Part shown: piece after piece, positions 1 through 14,020 of the stretch
Numbering within the stretch: the first letter of the stretch is position 1
Layout: each line of letters starts with the position of its first letter
Assembly (NCBI GenBank): GCA_002104905.1
Contig: MCFE01000160.1
Span: 62,001-126,000, forward strand
Source of the DNA: Basidiobolus meristosporus CBS 931.73
Lineage: Eukaryota > Fungi > Basidiobolomycota
Reading direction: 5' to 3'
DNA length: 64,000 bases
The notes under the pieces: model-generated
Told to the model about the DNA's origin: nothing
Database searches by the model: none
What the model saw: the letters and a program-made list of their open reading frames with translations, nothing else
Program-made: the position numbers and the translations under genes

Positions 1-371
1 CACTAGTCAGAGATGTGGATTATGCCATTGACACAAGAGATAGCCCTACAGTAAGTAAGATACTCTGCAGAAGGAGTCCATTGGAGTTGGAAGAGATAAA
101 TAGATCAGTTATTGGAGCAAGAGTGTATCAGACCTAGCATGTCACCTAGGGGAGCACCAGCACTTTTTGGGAAAAAGAAGGATAGAACACTTTGACTGCG
201 CATTGAATGCCAAGCCCCCATCTCAGTTACCACAAAGTTTAAGTACCCCATACCTTGGATTGAGGCACTGTTGGACTTACATTGTAAAGGTCTTGAACAA
301 ACTGAAAGAGAACAAGCCATACAGCAAGCTAGCAAAGTGTGAATTCTTGAAGGAACATGTTGATTACCTGG

Positions 372-1068
372 TGTTGTATCCAAGAGAAAGTGTAATAAAA
401 CTCTTGAATGGTTTAACTGAACCAAAGGGACAATCAAGTGCAGAATCTTAGAATTATCAGAGAGTGGTGGAAATATTAGCAGAAAGATTCTGATCTAATA
501 TTGGTCTTGGATATAGCTGGGTTGGCTATAAAGACAATGATATTTGTTTGCTAGGCAGGCTAGGCTTGGTGTTCTTTGGAGTGCTAGATATACTAGGCTT
601 GAATAAAAACTAGAACGGAATTGTTGGATTCTTATTTTTGCTGAGACAGAATCTAAATTTTGTTGAAACACACACCAAACCAAAAGGTTCAGTAAACTTT
701 ATTTATACTTTTCTGATCTAGTTGAATTAGTAAGTGCCAAGGGACTGGATTGATTGAAATCAATTTGGGTGTTCATAGGTGCATAAGACAAATGACAATT
801 ACATCATCAATCAACTGATGTCTTGGCAACTGCACAGTGGTTGGATAGATCTCAGATGACTAATCACCTGGGAAGGCTTGGGAGATAGGTTGATAATGTA
901 ATGACCATTTGAAAATAGATCAGGTGTGATAGCTAAAAATAGATTCTGAGGTGGGATAAAATAAACTGTAACTGGGATTTGTTATGTTTGGGTTAGGGAA
1001 AATCAGTTAGGGTACTAGATTTTCAAACGGAGTAAAATTGGCTAAGTTTTAAATGTTGATGCACAACA
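372..1068 (-). mobile_element. Solo LTR (697 bp) of the G3 gypsy family, inserted in the G1 RT
   Basis: TGTTGT...ACAACA termini and a perfect 5-bp TSD CCTGG (367-371 and 1069-1073). Excision restores VDYLGHIVTSTGV. The reverse complement aligns with 9026-9283. Confidence 0.93.
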
Positions 1069-3012
1069 CCTGGGACACATAGTGACTAGCACTGGAGTGA
1101 ACTTGAACCCCAAGAAGGCTGAATTCAAAAAGAATCTGAAGCAGCACCATAGCACTTTAGAACTTGGATCATTCCTTTGAACATCCACCCATTGTGTGGG
1201 ATCTGTCAAGTTGTTTGCATTTATTGCTGCCCCTTAAATGGATATTCTCAAAAAAGACAACACCTTCAAGTGGGATATAGCCTTTGAGACCGACTGTCAG
1301 ATGCTTAAGCATGAACTTGCTGAGCTGCCAAGCTCAAGAATCCCACACTTCAGAAAAGAGTTAACTCTGTGCACAGATGCTTCAGACTATGCAATTGGCA
1401 AAGTACTGACCCAAGAACATGAGGGAAAGGACTACCCAGTTGCTTTTGAGTTCAAGAAACTGAATACAGCAGAACACAACTATCCAGTGCATGGGAAGGA
1501 GATGCTTGCCATAATACACTGCTTGAAGACCTGGAGATGCTATGTTGAAGGAGTCAAGGGGACGGTAAAGGCTGATCATGCCTCACTCAAGCATATATTT
1601 ACTCAGAAGGTACTCTCCAGAAGAATGATAAGATGGAGTGAATATATTCAGCAATTTGGCTTGGAGACTGTCTACTGCCCTGGGAAAAACAACATGGTTG
1701 CGGATGCCTTATCAAGACCAGACCAACTTGAACAACTCAACTTGGTGCATTACCAAAGTACATGGAGGACCAAGCCATTCCTTCTGAGGTGAATGTAGAG
1801 AGCAAGCATATAATCTGGAATGAAAACAGCAAATTTATAGTACCAGAAGAAACACTCCATCAAATAGCTGATGAACGCCCTGTTACCTATTGCCCTTATG
1901 TTGCTTGCCTGGACTTAGTACATAAGCTACACAATGGATATGGACATCCCAGCACCAAAGAGACCTAAAGCCTTGTGAAAACCAGAGCATAGTGGCCCAG
2001 AATGGGACAAGATCATGAGAAGCTGGTGAAAACATGCCCAAATTGCTAAACCAACCAAGGCCAACCACAGAAGATTGCTGAGCTCTGTCCCTTGGAGCCT
2101 GTAGAGCCTGTTGAAAGATGGGGATTTGACTTGATTGGAAGACTGCAAACTACCAGGAAATACAACTGATAGATCTTAGTAGCAATTGACCATGCCACCA
2201 AATGACCAGTTGCTAAAGCAGTTCCTGCAGCCAGTGAGTAAGTAGTTCCAAATTTCATCTACCATGAGATTCTTATGGAGCTTAGATACCCTGTAAAGGT
2301 TTCATCCAAAGAAGGAACAAGCTATATGGCAAAGACATTGGAAGCTTAGCTGGAAATGCAGCAGATCAAACACTTTGAAACTTTAACATACAGCTCTAGA
2401 ACTAATGAAGTCACTGAGTGGTTTGATGGATTATTTGGAAAAATGCTGACCAAGTGTGCAAATGGAGCTGTTGTTAGATGGGATGAGTATACCAAGCAAG
2501 CACCTTTTGCATTCAGAGTGAGAGTACACAACACTACCAAACAATGGCCATTTTACTTGGTGTATGTATGTGAACCAAGAATTTCAGGAGATTTCACATA
2601 ACCAAAGCTTACAGACACTTTAGAAGGTGAGCTCAGTTAGCTAGGAAGATGCCAGCAGCTGGAACAACAAAGTCAAGTGGCACAGCACAAAGTATCTCAA
2701 AGTGCAGAGTAAATGAAGCAGAGATTTGATAAGACTATATCACCAGAAGCATTAGCAGTGGGAGCTTTGTGTTGCTGAGCAACACCACTCTGAAGAAGTT
2801 GGAGCCCCAATGGATAGGACCTTTCAAGATCATCAGAGAATCTTCATTTGCAACTTACCAAACAGTGGGCAAACAAGGGAATATCCAGGAGGATCTACTG
2901 CCTGGAGACAAACTCCAGCTTGCAAGACTTGCCAACAATACTGAACCAACAGGATATTGGTATCACAAAAAGAGGGATTCAGCAGAACCCTCTGAACTTT
3001 ACTGGGGGAGAA

Positions 3013-3381
3013 TGTTATGATCTATTGCCTGAATGTTGTAGTTAGATCAGTTCTTAGTCAAATCAGTTAGTAATATTTTTTAGCCTACCAGTATATAGTG
3101 TTATCTTTCAAATCAGTAGCATTAGCCAGCAAATGAATCAGTAGATCCTTATTGGAGAGATATAGATTTATCAAGTTGAATCTTGTTGGGTCACAATGAT
3201 GCAAGCAAATGAGTAATCAGACACAACCTACATTAGGAAATACAATTTGTCAGCACTTGATTTGGTGCAAAGTGTATAAGGAGCTGCTGGAGCCTCAATA
3301 AGAATCAGCCCAAGTTTAAGTGAATACAATACTAGCTAAACTCCCTATTCCTCTACAACTCTTTTACCAAGACTTGTAACA
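3013..3381 (+). repeat. 3' LTR of G1
   Basis: TGTTA...TAACA termini directly after the PPT; a homologous copy lies on the minus strand at 8392-8761. Confidence 0.9.
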
Positions 3382-4560
3382 GCAGCAAAAGATTTCCACT
3401 GAGAGCAGTGCATTTACTTTTCAACAGAATCTTCATACTAATGACATGTTATACATGAGGCAGCTTAAGATGAATGATCCCCTTGAAATACTAGAAATAC
3501 TTGAAAGAATTGGCAAGATATTACTGAGTAGTTGCTTTCAATGTACTTGCTGCAGGCTCCAACCTAAATTCATTCACATATGCAACAATACAACTGCAAG
3601 AACTGGATGAACTGGATATGTACTTAGTCAAGTATCATTCTAAAGCCATTTCTACCAACAGCATACTTGAAACAATGGGAGTCATATGTTGACATTGTAG
3701 GAATGTGTGTGCAGATGCAGCTCACCAATCCAAGCTAGTTGCATCTACAGCTTCTATGCAAGGGGCTTGTAACAAGATTTGAGCAGCTATACTATAAGCA
3801 TAATGCTGAGTGTGAAGATCTTTGCCTCTACTATAACCATTCTCTACTCCATCATGCTTGGTATGTTGAATATATTGGGCCTTGCTTCACCTAATGGGAG
3901 TTTCCCATGGAGCAGATCTGTTGAGAGGTAGGAAGACAAGTCAAGTTGTAGGTACTTCTATATCCCAATATCACAACAATATAACATTCAAGTCCATCAT
4001 TGATTCAATTAATTGACACATGGAGGATGGCTAGGAAGAGTCTCAGAACACTGAGGACAGATGTGCTCACTGAGACACATGTGGCTATGGCATTTAGAAG
4101 CTAAACAGCCACAAAGCATGGGTAATCAGTTAATTAATGCAAAGCTGGGTTGCATGCAACAAGCAACTAGTGTTTATTAGTACAATCCCACTAAAGTATG
4201 CCAGGTTGCTCCTGGTCATAGGCCAATTTCTACGCCATTGAATAGGGAACTCACACAAATAAGATCCAGAGCGCACCTATTAGGGGGATTGGAATTCAGC
4301 TGATAGAAGAAATGTATTGGCTCAATACCCAGAAGTTGTTTGCAGATATTCAGGAGGTATTCTTGGCAAAAGAGGCAGCAACTAAGCATATGCAGCAAGA
4401 TGTATATGTTGGTAGCAAAGCAAGTTACATAGTAGCTTTGCAAGTATTGCACTAAAAAGTTGTAAAGTTGTGGTTCTAGAAGTATGTCAACTGCTGCAGG
4501 TGTGCATGTATGTAGAGTTTGTCAAGCAGGAGGCCATACATTTTTTGATTCAAGCTATAT
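3382..4560 (+). pseudogene. CACTA/EnSpm-like transposase, C-terminal fragment (host of G1)
   Basis: Aligns with 26200-27330 and 34240-35430 (FPLGAMHLLFNN and WEFPMERMCGE regions); multiple stops. Confidence 0.85.
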
Positions 4561-4564
4561 GCAC

Positions 4565-5726
4565 ACCTGATTTGTCATTCTGGAGTGTTCACTGCTTAGA
4601 TATTCCTGTGCACTGATTCAGGCTGTATCATAGTTATAGAGTCCTGGGGTCTTAGTTGGACATAGCTGTGAAGCATGAGTCATAGGTGTCAAACCATTGG
4701 CTAATATAAGAAGGGGGTTTGGTATTGTTGGCAATAGATTGGACAATAAATAAAATGGGATGTAACTTTTATAGATTCTTATCTCTTATACCTCCAGCAA
4801 TATGGGGACCATTTCAATCTGTAATTCTGAATCCAGAGTTGTCAAAGCTGAAACCAATTTCTCTGCTGAGACCTTGCTGACAGATAGTAAACTCTTAGCT
4901 ATTCCCTAGTATAGAGATTGATGCTTTAAAGGTCAGTGTATTGGGCTTCCCTCACTGCCTTAAAGATTTACTTGGATAGGTCCTTTGCCCATTTGAATCA
5001 TGTGTTCTATTGTCACTTATGAGAACCTTCCTGATTGGAATTTCCTGATACTCAGTAGAGAATTCTTTTAGGAATGTAAGGTGCTGAGATGCTCCAGAGT
5101 CAATGTACCACACATAAGAATCATTATTTGTAGTCATATTTGGTACAGATATGAGCAACCTAACTTCAGTGGTTGCATCATATCCATATTCAGACTTCTT
5201 CTGCTTACTATATCCCTTTTGAGGCAGAGATCTAATATGTGCCTTTTCCTTTTGTGTTAGTTCCAAAACTGGTTGCTGTTACCTTTAAAATGTCTTGAGT
5301 ATCTTCTTCTTGGTTATTATTGCTTATTAAATCATTTTCTTCTACCTTATTTTTGGTACTCAATTTTCATTATCCTTTGTACAGGAGCCCTCCATATACA
5401 TAACCTAAGGCCAAATCTTCATTTTTGGACTCTAAGGCTGATACAAGACCATAAACCTGCCTGTCAGGTCATTCCAGATGGTGTCTAGCACAACCTCATC
5501 AGTATTTGGGACACCCACAGATATCATCTCATCCACTGACAAGGTAACTATATTAGTTACAGTTTTCATTTCTTCTCCTGATAGCATCTTTGTAGTAAGG
5601 AATCCTTATGCAAGTTACATACTCATAGCAGCTAAATAGGACTGGCAGGTGTCTTCTAATGCCCTCCAGGCATTCTTTGCCATTATGGCTCTTGAGCAAT
5701 GAGCAAGTAATTCGTCTTTAAGATGA
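4565..5726 (-). mobile_element. Ty1/copia gag-protease remnant C1
   Basis: WYIDSGASQHLT protease motif (ORF 4952-5266) and gag homologous to 13700-15440; cut at 5727 by a CACTA-like terminus. Confidence 0.85.
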
Positions 5727-7676
5727 CCCTATGGAGAATGATTTGTTCCTGTGGGTGGATCCTATCCAGATCAGCTGTCAGGATCCTGTTTACAGACTAT
5801 CATAACACCAGCAACTTGGAATTAGTGATCCTCTAAACAATTTTATGACAAGTTCACAACAGCATTTGGCTAATTCTACTGCCAAGTATAGTTATAAAAC
5901 TTGAGAAGATTTGATTGTTGCTGTGACAATAATTGCATTGTATTGTTGAGATCTTGTTGCGCTCTACAACTATTTTAAGTAGATCCCACCAGCCATGGCA
6001 TCCAGTTGCCTTACATGGCAAGAGACTGGACAGTATTTCATTGGCCTCACAGCAAGACTCTAAGGGCATTAAAATGACAGTATGACAACCAACAGCTACT
6101 TCTGTATAATGCTGTACCTGTTTACCAAATTGTATTTCCTCTCTCTGCCTCCCCTTGTGCAACTCATATATTCCACTGTAGAATCACCCTACTTTATTTG
6201 CTTATGTACAGCTACCTAGGGTATTCCACATAGAGTTAAGATCAAAAAAAACTATGGCTTCCTGCTTACTAACTACTACAAACATGCACACTTGCCACAA
6301 TTGACATACTTCTATCACCTCAACTTCATGGCTTTTTAGTGTGATACTTGCAAAGTAGCCATATACCTTGTAGTGCAGGTAACATATACATCTTGCAAAC
6401 CTGTGCTTGGTTGTTACCACTGTTGCCATGTACACCTCCTGAATATCCACAAAGAACTTCTTGGTATTGAGCAAATATATTCCTTCTGCTTGCTGGATAA
6501 TATATACCAAGTTCATCCAGTTTTTGCATTTGTATTGTTGCATATGCATATGAATATTGATTAGAGCCCATGAGAAGTATTTAGGATAGCAAATGCTCTG
6601 TAATCCCTTGCCAATTCCTTTTATTTTTGCCTGTCTCTCAAAGGGCTCATTTAGCTTGAAATGCTCCATGTACAACTTAGTCATTGGTATAGGGATATTG
6701 TTGAAAAGCAAATACATTGCTCACAATGGAAAGCTTTTTCTCCAACAGACACCCTCAATCTTAAGTATCTCTGGTTTGCAATTGATCCCATACTCTGGCT
6801 AATGGCTTATAGCTTGCCAACTATGCTGCAACTGCATGCTGACTTCTGTACATTCTCTCTGTGGAAATATGATGTTCTTAGCGCTGGTGTTTGGGTAATA
6901 ATCATAATATGTGTGAGTTATGGAGTAGAGCCCTTGGATCTCACACATTTGACAGCAATACCATCCATTGTGCCCAGAGAACCTGCTATCATGCTGATGG
7001 CTGAGGTATCTCCAATGCAGATAATGATATGTGCTTTTACATGACAGCCATTTACTGTTATCCTGCAGGAAAGCATACAAAACTTATTCAGCAATAAATA
7101 CATGTAGTTATCCAGGTTGGGTAGTGACTTAGGCTCATTTACCAGCAAGACTACCATCAGATTATTATTCTAATACCATTAGATGGGCAGCAATTCAGAT
7201 TGATGAGAATCAGTGGCCAGTAGGATTTGTTAGTTGAGTACTTGTCCACTGAGAAAAAGTGCTAAGGCAAAGGCATGGTCATATATACTATCAAAGTAGT
7301 CCTTACTTTTTAACTGTTTGGTATGTTTGCCATCATATATATTGGATATGTTTGAGATTGATTGGTACTGAGTGTGGTACTGCATAGCTTTGCAATATTT
7401 GTTGGAATGCATTAGCTTCCTTAGATGGGATGTTACCAGAATATATCCAGAGTGTGAATAATGCTTTCACTCAAGGGTGCTGGATTCCTGACAAGCTGGA
7501 CATGTTGTAGTGGAAGCATTTTTGTATGTGAATGCCATACAAGTGTTGACATATGCTGGAATCAGGACAGTCCCTGGTTCATATGTTGCCAGCTGCAGGA
7601 TGGTTGTCCACTTGTACCATGTACCCTTTGCATGGTAAGTTGCATCCCCCAATGATTTGCGCAAGATGTAGGAATA
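5727..7676 (-). mobile_element. CACTA-like element copy 1: 3' TIR plus decayed transposase
   Basis: Starts with CCCTATGGAGAATGATT (TIR); the transposase segments match the other copies (ORFs 6202-6717, 6799-7080, 7230-7412, 7467-7664). Confidence 0.85.
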
Positions 7677-8391
7677 ATTGGCAAGAACTGCAGTTTTTTT
7701 GCATGCCTCCCCCTCTCAGGCTTGGGTTAATACTTTTCCCTACATAATTTCCTTTATTGCTGCCAGGTTTTTCACTGCTACTTTGTTTGAGTGCATCTTG
7801 TAATAAACTATGTTTTCTTTGTGATAAACTCCGCTCTGATGCATCCATGTTGGCCTGTTTGTCTCTTGGTGGCAATCACTTGGCTACCTGATGTTTCTTT
7901 TCTGCTTGTTATGAGCTCTTGACTATAGTGTGAAGAGCTCCTGTAAGAGCTGCTGGTTTTAATCACTGCCAGGTCCTTCACTGCTACTTTGACTAAGTAC
8001 TTTTTGAATGGTACTATGCCTTTTTCTTGATATATGTAATGCTGGTGCATCCATATCTACCTGCTTGTCCCTAAATGACACTCTTTTAGCTACCTGATGT
8101 CTCTTTGATGCTTGTCTGGAGCTTTTGGCCCTGATTGTAATAGGCACTTGAGGAAGCCGCTGGTTTTTGGCCACAGCGCCCTTGTTCTTCTGCCTTTTAT
8201 AGTTTCTGCTACTCTTAAGGTACTTTCTTAGCACACCAATGCTAGCCTAAAACCTGTTTGCCTGTTTGAATCCAGGATAATGCTCATTTACCAAGTCAAC
8301 TGCATTCTGCTTGGCCTTGAGTTCCAGATGGTCCCACAATATGCTGGCCTTAAGGTGATGGCTTGCTTGACTTCTAATGGCCTCTTGAACA
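7677..8391 (-). pseudogene. Fragment of the CACTA-like accessory gene (ORF-A)
   Basis: Homologous to 23313-23800 and 28374-28660/30538-31000 (DKQADMDAPA...SSSEGSGSDK units); interrupted at 8392 by an LTR. Confidence 0.8.
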
Positions 8392-9025
8392 TGTTACAAA
8401 TCTTGGTATAAGTGTTGTAGAGGAATAGGGAGTTTAGATAGTATTGTATTCACCAAAACTTGAACTGATTTTTATAGAGGTTCCAGCAGCTCCTTATATA
8501 CAATTTTGCCAGATCAATTTCTGACTAATTGTGTTTCCTAATATAGGTTCTGGTAGGTGACTAATTTGATTGCATCATCATCACCAAATAAAATCCTACT
8601 TGATATACCTATTCCTGTCTGATAAGGATCTGCGGATTCATCTGCTGACTAACACTACTGATTAGATAGATAACACTGATATACTGATAGACTAAGCATA
8701 TAACTCATTGATTTGACTAAAAACTGATCCAACTTAAACACTTAAGAGGTATATCATAATATTCCCCCTACTAAAGCTCAGAGGGTTCTCTTGATTCTCA
8801 CTTCTTATGATACTAATATCTCAATGGTTCTGTTTTGTTGGCAAGTCTTACAAGCTTGAGTCTGTCTCCATGAACTAAATCTTCCCGGATATTCCCTTGT
8901 TTGTCTACTAGTTGGTATGTTGCAAATGGACATTCTCTGATGATCTCAAACGGTCCTGTCCTTTGTAGCCCAAACTTCTTCCAAGTATTGTTTCTCAGCA
9001 ATACAAAGTTCCCAGCTGTTACTGA
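8392..9025 (-). mobile_element. G1-family gypsy 3' end: integrase C-terminus, PPT and LTR (8392-8761)
   Basis: ORF 8813-9052 (GPFEIIRECPFATYQLVDKQGNI) matches 2769-3020. PPT at 8762-8768; the LTR is the reverse complement of 3013-3381. Confidence 0.9.
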
Positions 9026-12000
9026 TTTCAACAATCCCATTCTAGTTTCCACCCAAGCCTAGCATATCTAGCACTCCCACAAGCTCCAAGTCAACCCTGC
9101 AACACAAACCAAGTCTGTTGCCTTTATAGTCCAACTCAGCTATAAAAAAGTCCAATATCAAATCAGAACTTATTGGCTGATATTTCAGTCACACTTAACA
9201 ATTCTAAGATTTTGCACTTAGTTGTCACTTAGATTCAGTTAACTCATTCAAGAGTTTATTTTACTTTTCTTTTGGTTACAACATTTTTTTGTTGAACTTC
9301 ATTACATTCAACTGCTTCACAAGATGTCCTTGGCAGCAAGCAATCCATATCATTCCATGTTATAAGAAACCAGAGAAATCAGGAAGAACTAACTTAGCAG
9401 CTTGCAAACATCATGCATGAAAGAAACACCTTAATGCTTAAGCACTCAAAGCTTGCCAAGACAAGATCTGACAATCATTGTAGAGATGAACTGCTTGAAG
9501 TTATTTCTGGTTACTAACATGAGATTGATTATCAAAGAAGCCCTGAAGAATGTTGCCACTGTAACTGGCAGCATTGAAACTCAGCCAAGCCTTACTCTGC
9601 ATCAGCCATCAAGAAGTCATGCCTTTGGATCCTCCAGATCAACATCTCCCTCTTGATCTGCCCTGGTGGTTGCTCCAGGATCCTTGCCTCTTTATGCTGA
9701 CAGAGCCAATGCAATCAAGAATTCTACTGCGCTTCTATACAAGTTTAGTCACGTCTTGGCTGCATACCAGTTAGACCCTGACACCAATTGGGCTAGACTT
9801 CTGCCTCTCTGTCTTGCCATACAAGATGCTGACCAGGTTAAGGTGAAAATTCCTTCCAATAGTACATGGACTAACCCTAAGGTTGAGATAAATATTCCTT
9901 CCAATAGTATGTGGAAATTGTCCAAAATTTCTTTTGCAGACATCTTGAAGATCCCCTAAAGAAAGCACATCTAAACTGCATATTATGGAAAACCAAAGTG
10001 CATAAAGGTGAATCTGTGCAATACTTCTGTGATAGATTCCAGAGATAAATGAGATTAGCTGGAATTAGGGATGATAATCCATTGCTTGCTTCTCATCTTA
10101 TCTCAAGCTTTTCACGCTGAGCAATATTGCTATTGTCAAAGCATGCAGCCCAGCATGTACCTATAACAAAATCTCAGAGATACTTACACTTGCAATCACC
10201 TTGACTGCAGCTGTTTGCCAGGCTTCAGGCAACTCCAACCAAGATGCAGCTACAACCAGAAACAAGAGCTGTCATGCAACCAAGAAGAAGTCAACCGCTA
10301 CAAAGCATTGTAAGCTTCATGGAAGATGCTATCATTCTACTAGTGAATGCAAAGGCATCACTAAGCAGGCAAACAAGTCAGGAAACATGTCAGTGAATCA
10401 GCAAAACACCAAAACTGATAATCCATATGCCAATGACAAATGCTTCAAAGGGGGAAAGATGAGTCATTAATCAGTTGCCTGTCCTGATAAGAACTCCACA
10501 CCTTTGGCAAAAATCACTCCAATCCTAGATGATCATTCAACCAATGAAATGTTAAGGTATAAGAAAGCATATGAAGAACTGACAATTAAAGATTATCACA
10601 ACCTCTTTGGATTTTTGGCTAAAATTGCAACTCTTCAAGAAAAAAGCAACCAATTACACAGCTAAAGCTACAGAGGTGCCAATCATATGTATCACCATTA
10701 GATACTGGATCATCCACCTCTATTATATCCCCTAATGTAGTCAAAGAACTCCAGTTGGAAACAGAAAAGTGACCAGGAAAAATTATACTTGCAGCTGAGG
10801 AATTTGCAGCCCCAAGAATTGGTATCACCAACCCAATCAGCATACATTGAGGTTTGATGACTATAATTCTTTGAGTGAGAGTTATTGAAATTCCAGGTGG
10901 TCCTCAGGTAGTCATTGGTCTTGACACCTTCACCAAACCTGGCTTTCACAAAGGCAGACTACAAGCTTCATATCCTGGAATAACTAAACCTCAGCCACCC
11001 ATAATGGATCAGACTCTAGAGACTATCTCACCCCATCCAGAAGCAGAGCAGTGAGCCACAACTTTCAAGCATATTCTCAATCAGTTGTGTGAGAGGTTCA
11101 GCCAGCCATGGAAATAAATCAAGTCATTCCTAGGAGCACCTTCTGCACTATTCCAGAATCCATTGTTGTGCTAGAAGCCCCACCAGCTTAGTCAACATGA
11201 AGGAGGAAATACCTAATTCTGCATTCTTGTCAACACTTGCTTGATGAAATAGTTCAAAAGTGGGCTGACAATGGAATAATCTCTCAAGCCCCTGTAGACA
11301 CAACATTTGACAGCCCTTTGACACTTCACCTAAGAAAGACACTGATGGAAATCTAACACTTAAGAGAACTGGTCTGGATCCTAGATCTCTTAACCAACTT
11401 CTCCAAGATGATGAATTTCCAATTTCAAATATCCAAGATATCTTTTCCTCACAATCAGGACCAAAAGTACTCACTAAGATGGACTTTAAGATTGTGCATT
11501 AGCAATTCCAGATCCATCCAGAGCATCAGCATTAGACTGCCCTTACTTGTAAAAATATGCAATGGATGTTTCAGGGAGCTCTCTTTGGCCTAAGGACACT
11601 GAACAGCAAGTTCCAGAGTGTCTTGACTATGATACTCAAGAATGCACCATATGCCTTAATATTTGTTGATGATGTCATCATATTGCCACAAGCTATAAAA
11701 ATCGTGCAACTCATGTCATTGATGTAATTGATAGACTGACAGCAGCTGGACTAATTCTCAATGCGGAGAAGAGCAGTTTTGCTTGCCTCAAAATCAATCT
11801 ATTTGGAAAGTCCCACATGCCAATAAAAGGAAAACATTAATACAGAGGGGTCATTTACTTGGTCACTTTGGAGCTGACACACATATGAGGATGCTGCACT
11901 CTGATGGATATCACTGGCCCAATATCAATGCAGACTGCCTAGATTCTGTCAAGTATCACAGAGAATGTCAACTGTAAAATATTAGCCGCCATGTATTTCA

Positions 12001-12065
12001 CCCGTTGAGTCCCATCCATGCAAGCCCTCCTATGGATCATATTGCAATTCATCTGGCTGGACCTT
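9026..12065 (+). mobile_element. Degenerate Ty3/gypsy-like element G3: partial 5' LTR (9026-9283), gag, RT, integrase start; RNase H deleted
   Basis: LTR ends TACAACA at 9283; gag with CKLHGRCYHSTSEC knuckle (10201-10470); RT core KMDF...LFG...IFVDDVII (~11460-11700) joins directly to the integrase zinc finger GHLLGHFG...WP...CQL (11783-11977). Confidence 0.8.
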
Positions 12066-14020
12066 CAGCCTTATATTTTATCTTAAAGACCCATCTGCAT
12101 CCAATTGAATTTTGGTTGATTGGTAATTTGACCAAGTCCCAAATTTGACTTTTGATTGGGGCTTGATATTCCTCCATCATTGCAGATATCCAAAACTTTG
12201 TCTAAGGGCTGTTTAGGGCCTCCTTTACAGTCTGGGGTTCATCAATGTGGACAGCATAGGCTAAGTTTGTACCCTCATTAATATAATATTTTGGACTATT
12301 TCTTGTCTGGTTAGATCTCCGGGCATTTGATGCTGGAATGATAACTTCTGGGAAATACCTGGCCACTGATTCAGGCTGAACCAAAGCTGTAGGGTCTTCT
12401 GGAGTTAAAGAATTTTCATTGTCTTGCTCTGATGCAATCCTGACTATTTGTGGACTTGAGATCAGATTTTTGTCATCATCTACTGTCATTTGTTGGGAAA
12501 ATTTTAAGTATTCATCAATCAACACATTCTTGGACTTGATCTGCTTCTTTGCTTTGGTATTGTAGAGTCTGTATGCCTTACTCTCATTGCAGTAGCCCAT
12601 AATATGTATTTTTCACTTTTTAGATCAAATTTTGACCAATTTCTTAGCAGTTTCTTGGCATATGCTATACACCCAAATATTCTTTGATGTTCTGCACTTA
12701 GTCTGTATCAATACCATTCAGCAAATGAAGTAGAATCATGTAGTATTCTGCTATAACTCCTGTCTTTAAGGTATATAGCTGAGGCAACTAACTCCACCCA
12801 AAAAATCAATGAATAATTTTTGAACTTGGATGATTGATCTTGCCATATTGGTTATTGATCTATTTGCACATTCTGCTACTCCATTGTGCTGTGGTGAGTA
12901 TGGTACAGTAGTCTCTTGCTTTATTCCATGAATCTAGCAGAAGCAGATAATGAGTTTTGAGGTATATTCTCCACCGTGATCAGAGTGTATTTTCTCAATT
13001 TTTTCACAAGTTTTTCTCTCCACCATGGCTTAAACTCCTCGAACATAGACAGAGCCTCTTCCTTTCTCTCTATGAAGTAGAGCCATGTGTATCTTGTATA
13101 ATCATCCATAAAAGTGATTAAATACTTCATCCTGCCTAAGGATAAATATGCATAGGTCCATACATATCTGAGTGAATTAGATCTAATATTTTCTTAGTTT
13201 TGATTAACCCAGAGCTCTTGAACAGATGCCTGGCTTGTTTCCCATATATGCAGGCTTCACAGTGGTCCAAAAATACTGGGGTATCAACTTTTACTCCAGA
13301 ATCTAGCTGATCTTTGATCATTTTGCACAAATAATCAAAATTGATGTGTCCAAATCTCCTGTGACAAGCTATTATGTTTCTTCATTTAAGTTACTAGCAC
13401 TGGCTTCCAGATATAATGGATTATAAGTCACTTGTGTAGGTTCTGACTTCTGATACCCAAAGCAATATGGGCACTATTGTGATCAGTGATCCTGCATCCA
13501 GAATTGTCAAAACTGAAACTGAGTCCTTCTGCATTGGCCTTGCTTACAGATAGTAGGTTTTTGGCTATTTCTGCTATATCAAGTACTTCTTTATAGGACA
13601 GTATATGGCCTCCTTGGCTACTTCTAAGGCTTACATGGATAGTTCCTTCTCCCACTGCATCAAGTGCTCTATCCTCACCTATGAAAACCTTGATAATCTG
13701 AGTTTCTTGATATTTGGTAAAAAGTTCTTTTTGTTGTGTGAAGTGTTGAGATGCTCCAGAGTCAATATATCATGTCTGAAAATCCTTGTTTGTAGTCAAT
13801 TTAGTGCAGATATGAATAGTATATTGACTGTTGTCGCAGCATTTCCATATTCAGCCTTCTTTTGCCAACTCTCTCTCTTCCACGTGCTGGGCTGATTTGT
13901 GTTCTTTACTTTTGCAGTAGTTACAAAATAAGTGGCTATTCCCTTTGAAAGGTCTTGGGCATCTTCTTTGTTAGATATCATTGCCTATTGAAGCATTTTC
14001 TTCTTCCTTCTGATTGATGC

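Larger units (their letters stand above)
1..3381 (+). mobile_element. Degenerate Ty3/gypsy retrotransposon G1 (RT, RNase H, integrase, 3' LTR); 5' part lies outside the window
   Basis: RT end (KCEFLKEHVDYL-GHIV), RNase H (LCTDASDYAIG...EMLAIIHCLKTWRCY, 1238-1792), integrase zinc finger (HNGYGHP, 1762-1968) and integrase C-terminus (WIGPFKII, 2769-3020), with many stops and frameshifts. PPT GGGGGAGAA at 3004-3012. Confidence 0.95.
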
